Notes under the pieces: model-generated
Databases searched by the model: none
Told to the model about the DNA's origin: nothing
The model's input: only the letters and a program-made list of their open reading frames with translations
Position numbers and translations under genes: made by a program
Shown here: in pieces, positions 35,112 to 45,888 of the stretch
How positions within the stretch are numbered: position 1 is the stretch's first letter
Layout: the number at the start of each line of letters is the position of its first letter
Origin: a virus
Lineage: Duplodnaviria; Heunggongvirae; Uroviricota; Caudoviricetes
Virus record (IMG/VR): IMGVR_UViG_3300027963_000034
Location: 1-64,000 of that record
Strand: one strand, 5' to 3'
Length of the DNA stretch: 64,000 bases

Positions 35112-35558
35112 TCAAATAAGAATTTTTATGAGTTTGTTAAATGTGTTATCTGGATTATCTGATGTGTCTAAATCTACAAAAAATTCAATAGGTGGTTCAT
35201 AATCTAGTGCAAACTTATCTTCTCTACCTCTCATTTTTTTAGTATGACAATAAATTTCAGTAACCTTGCATTCTTCTTTAAATTTTTCTCTCAATTCTCT
35301 ATATGGTGAAACTAAACTAATTACAACATCATTACCAGAATTATCTAAATATTTTGCAATATCAAATGCTTTTTGAATATTTTTATATCTACCTTCTTTT
35401 GAATAATCTTGGTTTGGAAATAATTCTCTTAATTGGTCCCCGTCAATATGAAATACGGATTTTCTCCAATTCTTTTTGTCAGTTTGTAACCACATTTGTA
35501 ACTTCTTAGCCAATGTTGTTTTACCACTTCCTGGCTGACCTGTGAAAAGGTATATCAT
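35112..35558 (-). CDS. cysC: adenylylsulfate kinase
   Basis: FTGQPGSGKTT, IDGD.LR, DYSKEGR..N, SLVSPY, YEPP. Confidence 0.85.
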   Translation of the reverse strand: MIYLFTGQPGSGKTTLAKKLQMWLQTDKKNWRKSVFHIDGDQLRELFPNQDYSKEGRYKNIQKAFDIAKYLDNSGNDVVISLVSPYRELREKFKEECKVTEIYCHTKKMRGREDKFALDYEPPIEFFVDLDTSDNPDNTFNKLIKILI

Positions 35559-35561
35559 AAC

Positions 35562-36416
35562 TTATTTCTTTTTTAGTGCGAATTCCGCTGCTTTATGTGC
35601 TTTTGATGTTTTATCGTATTGTAATGCAGATTTGATTTTAATCATCTTACCCGTATCTGGATTTTTAATTTTCTTATTTAAATCCGTAGGTAATAATGAT
35701 TTCAATCTCATATCGATTGGAGTAGTTTGAGGTTTACCTGTGATTGTCTCTTTTTCTTTTTTGCTTATATCTTTCATATCAACTTGTTTTGGTGGGGCTG
35801 GTACTTCGTGTTTTACATGTTGTACTTTCATTTTGATATTTGGATATTTTTCTTTTAACTTTGATACAGCATCTACGTTTTTATGCGAATCATCTATAAA
35901 AAATACATCATTATATCCCTTTTTAATTTTATCTTCTATCCAATCTGCTTTATCTTGTGGGTCATTTGATGCCAATGCAACTACATATATTCTTTCTAAT
36001 CCAATATCATTTAAATAATCTTTAACAGGTTTGTATGCAGCTCTTGCTGTTAATATTACCACCTTTCTTTCACCTTCTGCCTTTGCAACTGTGTTTAATA
36101 ATTTTGTAACACCTTTAATTTCTTGTGGTTGTTTAACTTGCTCAAAATCTGAAAAATCATAATTGTCGCCATCTTTTGGTTCATACACCGCGTATTCTCC
36201 AGGAGTTAATTTTGATTTCTTACCATCACCATGTGTAATGTATATATGAGATTTTGTTTTAACCAGTGTATCGTCAAAATCGAATACTCTTAATTTTTTA
36301 TCAGAATCCGCTTCGTTGATTGATTTGAACGCATTAGCAAATGGATTTGAATATATTTTTCCAAATTCAACTTTCATTCCGTTCCACAACCCTTCTATGA
36401 ATCCGTTTTTACCCAT
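35562..36416 (-). CDS. HAD-superfamily phosphatase-like
   Basis: VFDFDDTL, ILTAR, FIDDSHKN. Confidence 0.75.
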   Translation of the reverse strand: MGKNGFIEGLWNGMKVEFGKIYSNPFANAFKSINEADSDKKLRVFDFDDTLVKTKSHIYITHGDGKKSKLTPGEYAVYEPKDGDNYDFSDFEQVKQPQEIKGVTKLLNTVAKAEGERKVVILTARAAYKPVKDYLNDIGLERIYVVALASNDPQDKADWIEDKIKKGYNDVFFIDDSHKNVDAVSKLKEKYPNIKMKVQHVKHEVPAPPKQVDMKDISKKEKETITGKPQTTPIDMRLKSLLPTDLNKKIKNPDTGKMIKIKSALQYDKTSKAHKAAEFALKKK

Positions 36417-36723
36417 TCAATTGCTTTTTTATAGGCCTTGACTTTTTATGTAGTTCTTCGTTTTCTTTTGTAAGATATTCTACTTTAACACTCAATGCCG
36501 CTACTTCTTTTGTAAGAGCTAAAATCATATTACGAAGGTCATCTTTCTCTTTTCCAGCTGCTTCAAGTAATCCTTCTAATTTAGAAATACGGTCTTTGCA
36601 ATCGTGTCTTACAAAGTCTTCATCCTTTTCTCTTGCCAATGCTCTTTTTTCGTAATATCTCCAAGCTCCAGTTCCACCTAGGACAGTTATTGCGGTGATT
36701 AATACAGAATATAAATTTTCCAT
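36409..36723 (-). CDS. TM plus coiled-coil protein
   Basis: N-terminal TM then heptad-rich helix. Confidence 0.6.
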   Translation of the reverse strand: MENLYSVLITAITVLGGTGAWRYYEKRALAREKDEDFVRHDCKDRISKLEGLLEAAGKEKDDLRNMILALTKEVAALSVKVEYLTKENEELHKKSRPIKKQLNG

Positions 36724-37106
36724 TATGCGTCTTGTTTATCACCTAACTCATGATAGCCGGTGTTTGCTTGATTAATATAATTATGTGAGTTAGTGATGTG
36801 GTCTTGTATCCAACCTGGTAAATTCTTTTCGTTTGTTCCTATTTTACCTTTTAATTCATTTGCGGATTTAATTATACTATCTAATTGGCCCATAGCCATA
36901 GATACTTCGTGGTCTTGTGCAGGTGCTTCTTCTTGTATTTTATGTTTCAACAATTCTGTCATTTTGTTGAATACTTGCTCTCCACCATCTTCTCCTAAAC
37001 GATATGCTCCACCCAATTTTTCATAAACTTTAATTTTATGAGACATTGGAATATTTTTTTCATTTACTGCTTTCCAAGCTTTTGGATTGGTTACTTCAAA
37101 TTTCAT
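36723..37106 (-). CDS. hypothetical protein
   Basis: DHEVSMA..QL...LPGWIQDHIT. Confidence 0.6.
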   Translation of the reverse strand: MKFEVTNPKAWKAVNEKNIPMSHKIKVYEKLGGAYRLGEDGGEQVFNKMTELLKHKIQEEAPAQDHEVSMAMGQLDSIIKSANELKGKIGTNEKNLPGWIQDHITNSHNYINQANTGYHELGDKQDA

Positions 37107-37774
37107 ATTAAATTCTTTTGTATATACGGATATAAATATTGAAAAAATTGTTTATGCCCATATTCTGAAAAGTGTCTATCATTATTTTTTTGCCACCACT
37201 CTGGAGTTTTATCTATAAATGGTTTAAACCACGCAGTTTCTCCATTTGGATTTGGTATATGGTGTTCTTTAAAATCTGCTTTTAATTTTGCAAAAGACGG
37301 ATTGGTTGTATCATCTAAACACCAAAAATAAAACTTTTTATTAGAATTTTTTAATGTTCTAAATAAAAAATGAAATTGTTCAAATTGTTGAGTTAAATAT
37401 ATCTGGAACCCTTCTTCATCAAGTAATCGTTTTGTATAAAATTCAATTTCATATTCATATATTCCTTTTTCCAATAATTGTTCTTTTGAATTATACATAA
37501 TATCTACACCTCCATTTTTATAGAAATCGTATATTCTATTAAAAAAAGTCATACCAAATATTATCAATTCGGAATCGGAAATGTTCAAATATCTATATAC
37601 CATTTGTAACATCCCCTGATTTGAAATTCCTGAATATGCATTATCAGCCAATTCAAGACCAAGTTTATTAGCTAGTAAATACGTCCACGTATCTTTTTCA
37701 TCTATTTTAATTTCCGTTGAAAAGTTTTTTGAAAAAGAATCTCCAAAAATATATAATTTTTTATTCATTTCCAA
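37103..37774 (-). CDS. SGNH/GDSL-like hydrolase
   Basis: IFGDSFS, SGISN, DRHFSEYGH. Confidence 0.65.
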   Translation of the reverse strand: MEMNKKLYIFGDSFSKNFSTEIKIDEKDTWTYLLANKLGLELADNAYSGISNQGMLQMVYRYLNISDSELIIFGMTFFNRIYDFYKNGGVDIMYNSKEQLLEKGIYEYEIEFYTKRLLDEEGFQIYLTQQFEQFHFLFRTLKNSNKKFYFWCLDDTTNPSFAKLKADFKEHHIPNPNGETAWFKPFIDKTPEWWQKNNDRHFSEYGHKQFFQYLYPYIQKNLI

Positions 37775-38459
37775 CCAAAGTTATAAAAGATAATGCAGTA
37801 TATCGTTTTAAGTTACCAGTAACTTCCGTAACTTCATGTGCAATATCAAATCTATCCAAATCAATTATAGCAATGTTACCTAATTCAGGAATTACCTTTA
37901 AGTGATTATCTAAAATTAAATTACCACCATTGTTTTCATCATAATTTTCATTAAGATATGCTAAAACAACACATAGTCTACCCGTACCAATTCCGTCTTT
38001 ATGGTCTTTTAATAAACATCCTTTATCATACATTGTTAATTGTGGATTATGTTTAAATTTAGTATTATCATCTAAATCATACATGTATTTAACAATAGGT
38101 TCAAAATTTTTACAATAGTGATTTTCAATAGTTAAGGTAGAATTTCCATAGAAAAACCAAAATTGAAAAATATCTTCTTTTTTAAATTTGTTTAAAAAAT
38201 GGTTTTTGTATTCAGTTGCTTCTTCAAAATCTTTACAATCTTTAAAAAAATTATTGTTATTATTAAAGTATTCATCTGGCTGATATGCGGCATATGATTC
38301 ACCAAACACATCTGCTCTAATACCTTTCATATATTTTTCAAATCCTTCTGTAATTCTAAATTTATAAAATAAATTAAAATCGATATTTTCAAATTCTGCT
38401 AAATTAAAATAACAATATCCTTTATCTTTAAGATTTTGTTTTGCGTCTTGTAATTTCAT
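37761..38459 (-). CDS. 2OG-Fe(II) oxygenase
   Basis: HKD, AYLNE...GGNL, HEVTEV, KRY. Confidence 0.85.
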   Translation of the reverse strand: MKLQDAKQNLKDKGYCYFNLAEFENIDFNLFYKFRITEGFEKYMKGIRADVFGESYAAYQPDEYFNNNNNFFKDCKDFEEATEYKNHFLNKFKKEDIFQFWFFYGNSTLTIENHYCKNFEPIVKYMYDLDDNTKFKHNPQLTMYDKGCLLKDHKDGIGTGRLCVVLAYLNENYDENNGGNLILDNHLKVIPELGNIAIIDLDRFDIAHEVTEVTGNLKRYTALSFITLVGNE

Positions 38460-38460
38460 T

Positions 38461-39156
38461 TTAATCTTGTTTATTTTTTTTATTAAATGGAAACGCTATT
38501 AAACAACATCTTTCTTTGTTATTTATAACCTTTTCAACTGCGTGATATATATCAAAATTTTGCAAGTCAATCATTGCAACCCTTCCAAATTCAGGAACTA
38601 CTTTATAATCAATTTTATCATCACCTCTCAATATTAAATTACCACCATCTTCTTGATTCCAATTTTCATTAAGATATATTAGAATTGAAGCATAGTTTTT
38701 AACAGGACTTTTCCCGTCAATATGGTCATGTAAAAAACATCTATCATTATATAGTGTAGATGATAATTCTATACTAAGCTCTTCCGAATCATCTAAATCA
38801 AAAAAATGTTTAGTAATTTTATCGTATACTTTTTTAAGATTGTTATCTGATACATTATGAAAAAGCCATATTTGAAACATATCTTTATTGGTATTTTTTA
38901 TTTCAGCCAATATTTCTTCTTTTTTATTATTAGCTGCTTCAAATGAACCCATGTCAGTATTAATGTTTCCGTAAATTTTAGTCCAATAATCTCCTGTAAA
39001 GTCAGCTCGGAGACTTGTATAATTTTCTTTTCTAGATAGTTCCGTAGATGATTTATATTTTTCTATGTATTTAAAAAGACTCTCATCAAAATCTTTTAAA
39101 TCAAAGGAGCAATATCCTTTTTTTTTTAAATGCTTTTTAGCTTCATCTATACTCAT
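38461..39156 (-). CDS. 2OG-Fe(II) oxygenase (tandem paralog)
   Basis: HID, IYLNENW..GGNL, HAVEKV, ER. Confidence 0.85.
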   Translation of the reverse strand: MSIDEAKKHLKKKGYCSFDLKDFDESLFKYIEKYKSSTELSRKENYTSLRADFTGDYWTKIYGNINTDMGSFEAANNKKEEILAEIKNTNKDMFQIWLFHNVSDNNLKKVYDKITKHFFDLDDSEELSIELSSTLYNDRCFLHDHIDGKSPVKNYASILIYLNENWNQEDGGNLILRGDDKIDYKVVPEFGRVAMIDLQNFDIYHAVEKVINNKERCCLIAFPFNKKNKQD

Positions 39157-39157
39157 C

Positions 39158-40048
39158 TTAAAACTTATTTAATTCATTATTGAAATTGCTTTCTGCTATT
39201 TTTCTAAACTCATCTTTTCTATTTATAAGTTTGATGTTATTTAAGTAATAGTCTCTATTTCTATAAATATAATCTTCGCAAACTATAAAATTATTTAATT
39301 TGAATTGATATATGTTTTTTCCATTTTTATTTAATTTATCAATAGCCCACATTATAAACGTATCTTCAACTCCATAGTGGCCAAATGATTCAGGTATATT
39401 TATAATATCTAATAATTTTTTTGATATACACGTAAACCATCCTCCTGCAAATTTAGAAGTTGGTTGGCCTAATACATTATTTTTTACCAATTGTATAGAA
39501 ATATCACCATATACGCCACAATCCATATATGGGTCATTTGTTTTATGATAATTTAAGGGTTTGTCTAAAAAAGTTTCATTAACTAAACAATCCCAAGTTG
39601 AGTCCCATATTTTAACTATTTCTGGAGTTAAAACATATTCATCAATATTTTCATCTTCAATTGCAGTTATCGCATTTTCCATATAAAAAAGAATTTGTTC
39701 ATCAAATACAACATCAGTATCTAACCATATAAAATGTGTGGCAGTTGGTGTTTCTAAATGTGCAAGTCTTCTAGATGATACACATCCCAATATATCTTCT
39801 CTAATTTGAAAAGTAGAATCAGTTGCCCAATCGGTTAATTTTTTTAAAGAATTAAATTTTTCTATAAAATATTCTTTATTTATTTTGGAATCTGACCAGT
39901 TTACTAAATAATCAGATAGCCCCATTGATATATTAAATGAATAATCTGCGTATAGTGCGAATTTTGATGCTCTTTTTAAACCAATAAGTATTCTTTCTAA
40001 ATCATCTATTTCATATGGTAGTATAAATGTTGTAAAAACTATTTTCAT
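39158..40048 (-). CDS. putative glycosyltransferase (GT-A)
   Basis: IWLDTDVVF, GGWF, YGVEDTF. Confidence 0.6.
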   Translation of the reverse strand: MKIVFTTFILPYEIDDLERILIGLKRASKFALYADYSFNISMGLSDYLVNWSDSKINKEYFIEKFNSLKKLTDWATDSTFQIREDILGCVSSRRLAHLETPTATHFIWLDTDVVFDEQILFYMENAITAIEDENIDEYVLTPEIVKIWDSTWDCLVNETFLDKPLNYHKTNDPYMDCGVYGDISIQLVKNNVLGQPTSKFAGGWFTCISKKLLDIINIPESFGHYGVEDTFIMWAIDKLNKNGKNIYQFKLNNFIVCEDYIYRNRDYYLNNIKLINRKDEFRKIAESNFNNELNKF

Positions 40049-40839
40049 TTGTATAATTCTTTTATTGTTTCTTTAATATATGTGTCTCTATCGTACTGAT
40101 GAACTATTGTAAACTCATCACCCTTTTGATTATAGAATTTTCCATCTTTATAAATAGGAGTTGGTTCTGTTATTGGAAGTTTACTCTTATTAATCCAAAC
40201 GGTCCCTAATTGAGTTGCAAATCCTCTTTCTTGTTCAATAAATTCCACACTATGTTTATAATGGTCTAATCTCAATAAAACATTAAATGCAGCTTGGTCG
40301 GATAATTGTTCTGGATTTGCAGTTGTTTTACTCCATCTATAAATGTCAATAAATAAATCTCTAATTGCTTCTCTTTTACCAACAATTGTTCCTGCACAAT
40401 AACTGATTTGGTCTTTCATTCCAAATTCCCATTCCATAGGAAATGTAGTTCCACTATTTACTACTGCCCATGGGTCATCTTTCAAACGGATACATTCACT
40501 AAATGCAAGTATGTCTCGTCTCATCCACTTATTTAACCAATCCGTTGGGTCTTTTTGAAATATTACATCTTTTACATCAGTCCAAATTATTACATCGGTT
40601 TCATATGATTGTAAAAAGGCATACATATCTCTAAATCTTTGTAGAATAATATGTTCTTGTAATTGAGATTGAACTATTAACCAATCCTTTTTGTGTAAAT
40701 ATTCAATAACTTCCTGTGATACATCGTATACCAACATTAACTTTTCACCTTTAAATCCACTTTGTTCAATTGATTCAACATATGGTTTTATGTCTTGTAC
40801 ATTATATTTGGTTATACATCCTACTATTGTGTATTTCAT
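40045..40839 (-). CDS. putative glycosyltransferase (GT-A)
   Basis: WTDVKDVIFQKDP, CAGTIVG, SDQAAFN, IVHQYDR. Confidence 0.65.
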   Translation of the reverse strand: MKYTIVGCITKYNVQDIKPYVESIEQSGFKGEKLMLVYDVSQEVIEYLHKKDWLIVQSQLQEHIILQRFRDMYAFLQSYETDVIIWTDVKDVIFQKDPTDWLNKWMRRDILAFSECIRLKDDPWAVVNSGTTFPMEWEFGMKDQISYCAGTIVGKREAIRDLFIDIYRWSKTTANPEQLSDQAAFNVLLRLDHYKHSVEFIEQERGFATQLGTVWINKSKLPITEPTPIYKDGKFYNQKGDEFTIVHQYDRDTYIKETIKELYK

Positions 40840-41630
40840 TATAACTGTTTTATTATTTCAATATCTTTTACATAGTCCGCAATCTCATAATCTCTCCAAT
40901 CGGTATAGTTTGGATATAAGTCAGGTCTTTCGTGATACCAAGTTTGAACCATTTGTGGATTTTGAATAACTTCATAACCACCTGCCATAATGACTAATTG
41001 TGCCAAACAATCCGACCATCCAATTAATTTATTTTGACTGGCAATCATATCATAGTTTAGTTCTAATACGGGTCTAAATTTTTCCCAACTTATAATCCAT
41101 TTTTTACAATCAATTATAAATCCACCACCTGCACCATATCCTTTATTACCAAATAGGTTTGTAGGTATGTTTGTATTTCCACCAATTTGTTTAATAACAT
41201 CTAATAGAATTTCCGGCATTACATTTGTATTATATTCAAATCCTGCAATACCAAATTCACTACCTTTTATGATACTGATTGGTTTAAGAATAAAACTATC
41301 CTCTTCCAATATTATCATAAATTTAGAATCGGATTTTTTACATGCCCAATATATGTTGTCACACCAAAGCAATGCGTTATCCATTGGCCAACATTCTCTA
41401 CCAACATTGTGTTGTTGGTGATTTCCTGGATATCCTATTTGAAATGGATTCTTTGAACATTCGGCATCATACTTCTCAGCAACTTTTTTATAGTTTTCAA
41501 AATCACCATTATCATCTACTTTAATATAAATGTCTCCGTCAGGATAGAACTCTCTAAACTTACGAAATGAATGCTCTGCTGCTTCCCAATTCTTATAACC
41601 CCAAAGATATGCATTTAACCATTTAGTCAT
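40839..41630 (-). CDS. putative glycosyltransferase (GT-A)
   Basis: KVDDNG, IILEEDSF, GAGGG, WSD. Confidence 0.55.
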   Translation of the reverse strand: MTKWLNAYLWGYKNWEAAEHSFRKFREFYPDGDIYIKVDDNGDFENYKKVAEKYDAECSKNPFQIGYPGNHQQHNVGRECWPMDNALLWCDNIYWACKKSDSKFMIILEEDSFILKPISIIKGSEFGIAGFEYNTNVMPEILLDVIKQIGGNTNIPTNLFGNKGYGAGGGFIIDCKKWIISWEKFRPVLELNYDMIASQNKLIGWSDCLAQLVIMAGGYEVIQNPQMVQTWYHERPDLYPNYTDWRDYEIADYVKDIEIIKQL

Positions 41631-42303
41631 GTCTTGTTAATTTATACAAATCATTACTGATTGTGTTTTTGTAATCATCATCTAACCATTGAACTCCCAT
41701 TTCTCCAACTTGATTCACCATTGGCAGATATAAATTATGCATCGCCACACCACAACCTTTTGGTGGATTTGTTTCCATTTCTAATATTGCTTCTATTAAA
41801 TTATTGGTCATAAAATGTGGAAATACAATAAATGTATCGTTTACAATTGGTAAGTCTAAATATTCCGGTTCTCTCCAAAAGAAATTACATTTATCAAAAT
41901 CATATTCATATTCTTCAAATGGGTTTTTGAAAAAGTTAATATCAAATCTAGTTGAAATAACTAAATCCAAATCTTCTTCTAATAATCTATGTAAACTATT
42001 ACAATAAGTTGCTGACATTAATTTTACACCATTTGATAATTCATCACCACCACCATATTGATTTAAATTCACTTCTTGGGATACAAACATTGCCTTTTTA
42101 AGAGGCAAATATGTATTTATAATCTCTTCTTTTTTTGGGTTGTCATAAGTAAATATATAAAAGAATATATCATGCCCTTGCTCTTTTAAAGGATTTACTA
42201 CATATTTAAAAAAGTTATCTTTTGCATCTTCAAAATTTCTATATCTGCCACCATTTAACCCATCATTATAAGATACACCTACTAAATTGATTCCTATTTT
42301 CAT
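41623..42303 (-). CDS. hypothetical glycan-modification protein (RxD family)
   Basis: DLVISTRFD and VNDTF; related to 44756. Confidence 0.5.
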   Translation of the reverse strand: MKIGINLVGVSYNDGLNGGRYRNFEDAKDNFFKYVVNPLKEQGHDIFFYIFTYDNPKKEEIINTYLPLKKAMFVSQEVNLNQYGGGDELSNGVKLMSATYCNSLHRLLEEDLDLVISTRFDINFFKNPFEEYEYDFDKCNFFWREPEYLDLPIVNDTFIVFPHFMTNNLIEAILEMETNPPKGCGVAMHNLYLPMVNQVGEMGVQWLDDDYKNTISNDLYKLTRHD

Positions 42304-43523
42304 ATTGTTTGAATTGTTGGAAATAAAATAATAAAATTACCAGTATATCCATCGTTTCTTAAAGATTCAATAATAACATCTTTGAAATTATGTGCTAATA
42401 TTAAAATATAATCAACTTTGTTATTTTTTAAGTATTCTCTACTTTTAATTTGAATACCTGTTCCTGGTATAAACTTATCTTGTTTTAAATCGGTATCATC
42501 AATTACTACATCCAATATCGTATGGTCTATCTTTGCACTATTTAAAAATATGCATCCCTTTGCAGCTGCTCCAAATCCTATAATATTATTATTTGCATTT
42601 TTACAAGCTTGCAACATAATTTTACAATCCGATATATGTTCTTCAATTACTTCACCCCAATCTTTATAATATTCTTCATTTATAGATTGTTCTTCATCTA
42701 TTAATTTTTGAACACCATTACAAACATCCCAATCTCCTTTTTTAGAAATTAATAATCTCAATGTTCCACCATGAATAGGATATTTAACTGCTTTAATTAT
42801 TTCTAAACCAAACTTATCAAATAATTGTTTAAGTGGTTCTACCAAATAAAAATAAACATGCTCATGATATATTTGGTCAAATTGTAAAGTTTGCATGTTA
42901 GTTTTCCAATAAGGAAATTCCAAACACCAAATACCTTTATTATCTAAACTAATTGATATTGCTTCTGCAAAATCTGCAATAGGTGGTGTATGTTGAAATA
43001 CATTTGTTGATGTTATTAATTTAAATTTTTTGTTTAGTGTTTTTGCAGTTTTTACTCCCCAAAATTCATTTAATGCTGGGACACCTCTTTCTCTACTTAA
43101 TTTTGTAAGATTGGTTGATGCGTCTACATTTAATACATTCAAATATGGTTTCTTTTCCAAAAATGAATGTAATAGTGTTCCATCATTACCACCAATATCC
43201 AATATATTATCATTTTCTTTTAAATTCAAATAGGTATCAACAAACCAAAACATTTCTTTACAATGGTCTGCATATGCTTTTACAACACCTGATTTATATG
43301 AATATTGTGAAAACATTAAATTTGGGTCTACATTTTCGGTAAGACATGATAATTTACTTTTTTCAAAATATTGAACTGCTAATTTGTATTTTGGCGAATT
43401 AAACGAATCTTCTCTTGTATCAGATAAATTATTTACCAATGGCATTTCACCTAAATCAATATAGGTAAATCTTTCCGAATCATTTGTGATTGGACAATTT
43501 GTAACTTCTGTAACTTCTTTCAT
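42300..43523 (-). CDS. NDP-sugar C-methyltransferase (NovU/TcaB9-like)
   Basis: DLGEMPLVN, DIGGNDGTLL, FDQIYHEH, IHGGTLR, GFGAAAKG, FIPGT, ILAHNF. Confidence 0.9.
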   Translation of the reverse strand: MKEVTEVTNCPITNDSERFTYIDLGEMPLVNNLSDTREDSFNSPKYKLAVQYFEKSKLSCLTENVDPNLMFSQYSYKSGVVKAYADHCKEMFWFVDTYLNLKENDNILDIGGNDGTLLHSFLEKKPYLNVLNVDASTNLTKLSRERGVPALNEFWGVKTAKTLNKKFKLITSTNVFQHTPPIADFAEAISISLDNKGIWCLEFPYWKTNMQTLQFDQIYHEHVYFYLVEPLKQLFDKFGLEIIKAVKYPIHGGTLRLLISKKGDWDVCNGVQKLIDEEQSINEEYYKDWGEVIEEHISDCKIMLQACKNANNNIIGFGAAAKGCIFLNSAKIDHTILDVVIDDTDLKQDKFIPGTGIQIKSREYLKNNKVDYILILAHNFKDVIIESLRNDGYTGNFIILFPTIQTI

Positions 43524-44189
43524 CTATTTTAAATATTCATTTATTAAAGTTTCTACTGCGTATGGTGCTTCATGTTTACATTCAAATATAGATTGTAAAT
43601 TTCCATTTGGATTTGAACCTATAAAAAATTCTACCGATAATGAATTTTGTGCACCTAACATTTCTTTGTTATAAAGGTAATCTTCATTTAATGTTCTTAT
43701 ATATTTTGATGTCGACCACCAATAAGTTCCACTAAAATGTGGATAATATCCAACATATGTATCTTTTCTTAAATTAGACCCAACTGCGTCTGCTCCACCA
43801 TCCAATAATTCAATACATTCTTTATGTCTATACATAAGATTATAATCCATACTCCATCTCCACAATGTGTTATTATATCCCGTATTGGATACTGCCTTTG
43901 TATGAAAATACATAACATATGCATCCTCTTCTTTACAAAAGTCCATAACATCTCTCATAGTAGATTTTTCAGCTTCGTTTGAATCGTGCACTCTAAATAC
44001 GCACTTTGGATATGAAATCAATAAATTAGTAAACCAGTTTGTGTTTTCTTCTGATGGTGATATTATACCAATGTATATTTTATCCACTTCATTATATAAT
44101 CCTGATGTTACCAATTTCATAAGTTGTTCTTGTACAACCAATTTGTATTCGTTAATCAGATATGTATGCCAAAAAATAACCTTACGCAT
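43524..44189 (-). CDS. putative glycosyltransferase-like (HTK family)
   Basis: YFHTKA..WR..HFSGTYWW; paralog of 48849. Confidence 0.5.
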   Translation of the reverse strand: MRKVIFWHTYLINEYKLVVQEQLMKLVTSGLYNEVDKIYIGIISPSEENTNWFTNLLISYPKCVFRVHDSNEAEKSTMRDVMDFCKEEDAYVMYFHTKAVSNTGYNNTLWRWSMDYNLMYRHKECIELLDGGADAVGSNLRKDTYVGYYPHFSGTYWWSTSKYIRTLNEDYLYNKEMLGAQNSLSVEFFIGSNPNGNLQSIFECKHEAPYAVETLINEYLK

Positions 44190-44766
44190 TTATAATATTC
44201 TTTATTTTATTATATTTTTCTTCCGATTTAGTTAAAATTCCTAATCCCGCAGAACCTGTATGTATTAATTTATATCCATCACAATCTGCAAAAAATACAC
44301 CAACTGTCTCAGGAAAAGATTCAACATCATGAAACAAAATAATTGCATCATCATTACAAAATCCTATCCAATTATCAAAATCACCTTTAACTGCTTCATA
44401 TGAATGAAATCCGTCAATGTGTAATATGTCAATTTTTTTATCCCAAGTTTTTGATGCTTCTGCAAAATCACTTTTAATAAATTCTATATTTGAAACACCA
44501 AAATTCTTTATGATATGTTGATACAAATCATCTACCAAATTTAATGTATCTCTATGGCCGGCATGGTCATCACCTTGAAACCAATCAATACCATATACGT
44601 TACCAATTTGTGGATATCCAAAACAAAATGTTGAAAAACCATAATCAACTCCCAAGTCTACTACAACTTCGGGATTAAATGTTTCTACTAATTCCATAGC
44701 CAATAATCCATGGCCTTTCCATGCTGAGTCATGTCTCAACAATGTTTCAATGTATCTATTTTTCAT
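44182..44766 (-). CDS. class I SAM methyltransferase (Methyltransf_24-like)
   Basis: VDLGVDYGFS, IDILHIDGFHSYEAV, ILFHD. Confidence 0.85.
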   Translation of the reverse strand: MKNRYIETLLRHDSAWKGHGLLAMELVETFNPEVVVDLGVDYGFSTFCFGYPQIGNVYGIDWFQGDDHAGHRDTLNLVDDLYQHIIKNFGVSNIEFIKSDFAEASKTWDKKIDILHIDGFHSYEAVKGDFDNWIGFCNDDAIILFHDVESFPETVGVFFADCDGYKLIHTGSAGLGILTKSEEKYNKIKNIINA

Positions 44767-45457
44767 TTTCGTTTAATATTATTTCTTCTAATTTATATGG
44801 TATCAAAGAAAAATTCAATGGTTCCACTTTTACAACATTTTTACTTATGTTTAATGATTCAAACCAATTAAAGTGATTTGTTTCACCACCAGGAATTATC
44901 TTTGTACCATTTATATAATCAATTGTGTATTTAAAAAAATTCATATAAATTGATTTCATTCCACTTGCAGTACCTACCATAATATTATCATCAAATTTCA
45001 TATGTCCTTGCCAATGGTTTCCAGCTGCATATAATAAATTTGCATCCTTATCATTTTTTATAAAGTCTATAAACATATCAACATTATGTAACTCTATATC
45101 CATTCTTGCTTTTATAATCAAATCATAATCTGTTTTCAATGATTCCGAAAAAATTGTAATAGTTTGAAAACAACTTGTTACTGCATATGCCTGTTGCATT
45201 GCATGATATGATTGTGTTTCATATGTCACATCCGTTGGTACTAAATCAATAAATTTATGTGGATTTGATACTTTAATTTCTTTTGGTTGAAAGTCTTCAA
45301 TCAATGCATTTATATCAATAAAATTTCTACCTCTATCTTCACCATACCAAGTTTGAATAAACACATCCGCATTTAATTCTTTAATTACTTTTTGCCATTG
45401 GTCTAATACCTTTTTATACTTTCTAGGTTGACCATAAAAACATATTGCTACTCTCAT
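44756..45457 (-). CDS. hypothetical glycan-modification protein (RxD family)
   Basis: AICFYGQPR, DVFIQTW, YDLIIKARMD. Confidence 0.55.
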   Translation of the reverse strand: MRVAICFYGQPRKYKKVLDQWQKVIKELNADVFIQTWYGEDRGRNFIDINALIEDFQPKEIKVSNPHKFIDLVPTDVTYETQSYHAMQQAYAVTSCFQTITIFSESLKTDYDLIIKARMDIELHNVDMFIDFIKNDKDANLLYAAGNHWQGHMKFDDNIMVGTASGMKSIYMNFFKYTIDYINGTKIIPGGETNHFNWFESLNISKNVVKVEPLNFSLIPYKLEEIILNENEK

Positions 45458-45888
45458 TTATAATCGTTTATATAATCCGAACAAATTCCGATACATTCAT
45501 CTAAATTATCATTATGAATTTCAGGCATTACTGCGATACTTCCTTTAATTGGTTGTTTACCAGGATATGCCCAAACTACGTTCATTGACGTAAGTGTTAA
45601 TGCATCTTCTTCATGCCAAAAATAATGATAACTATTAAGCATATTAAACCATTCCACTGCTTCTATATTTTTACAATGAATCCACAAATGTTGTATTCTT
45701 TCACTAAACCAATGTTGTGAAACACCATATTGTGGTTTATCGTGTCCTAAAAATAAAACACCTTCAATCATCCATACATCTATTTCAACATCAAATCCTT
45801 CCGATATTGCTTTGTCGATGTATGCTGGTTCGTTTTCATATGATTCAAACTTTCCGTTTGTATTTCCTCTGTGTGATATTAATATCAT
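45454..45888 (-). CDS. truncated glycerophosphodiester phosphodiesterase-like protein
   Basis: ISHRGN, EN, DVEIDV, LGHD, GICSD. Confidence 0.65.
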   Translation of the reverse strand: MILISHRGNTNGKFESYENEPAYIDKAISEGFDVEIDVWMIEGVLFLGHDKPQYGVSQHWFSERIQHLWIHCKNIEAVEWFNMLNSYHYFWHEEDALTLTSMNVVWAYPGKQPIKGSIAVMPEIHNDNLDECIGICSDYINDYK

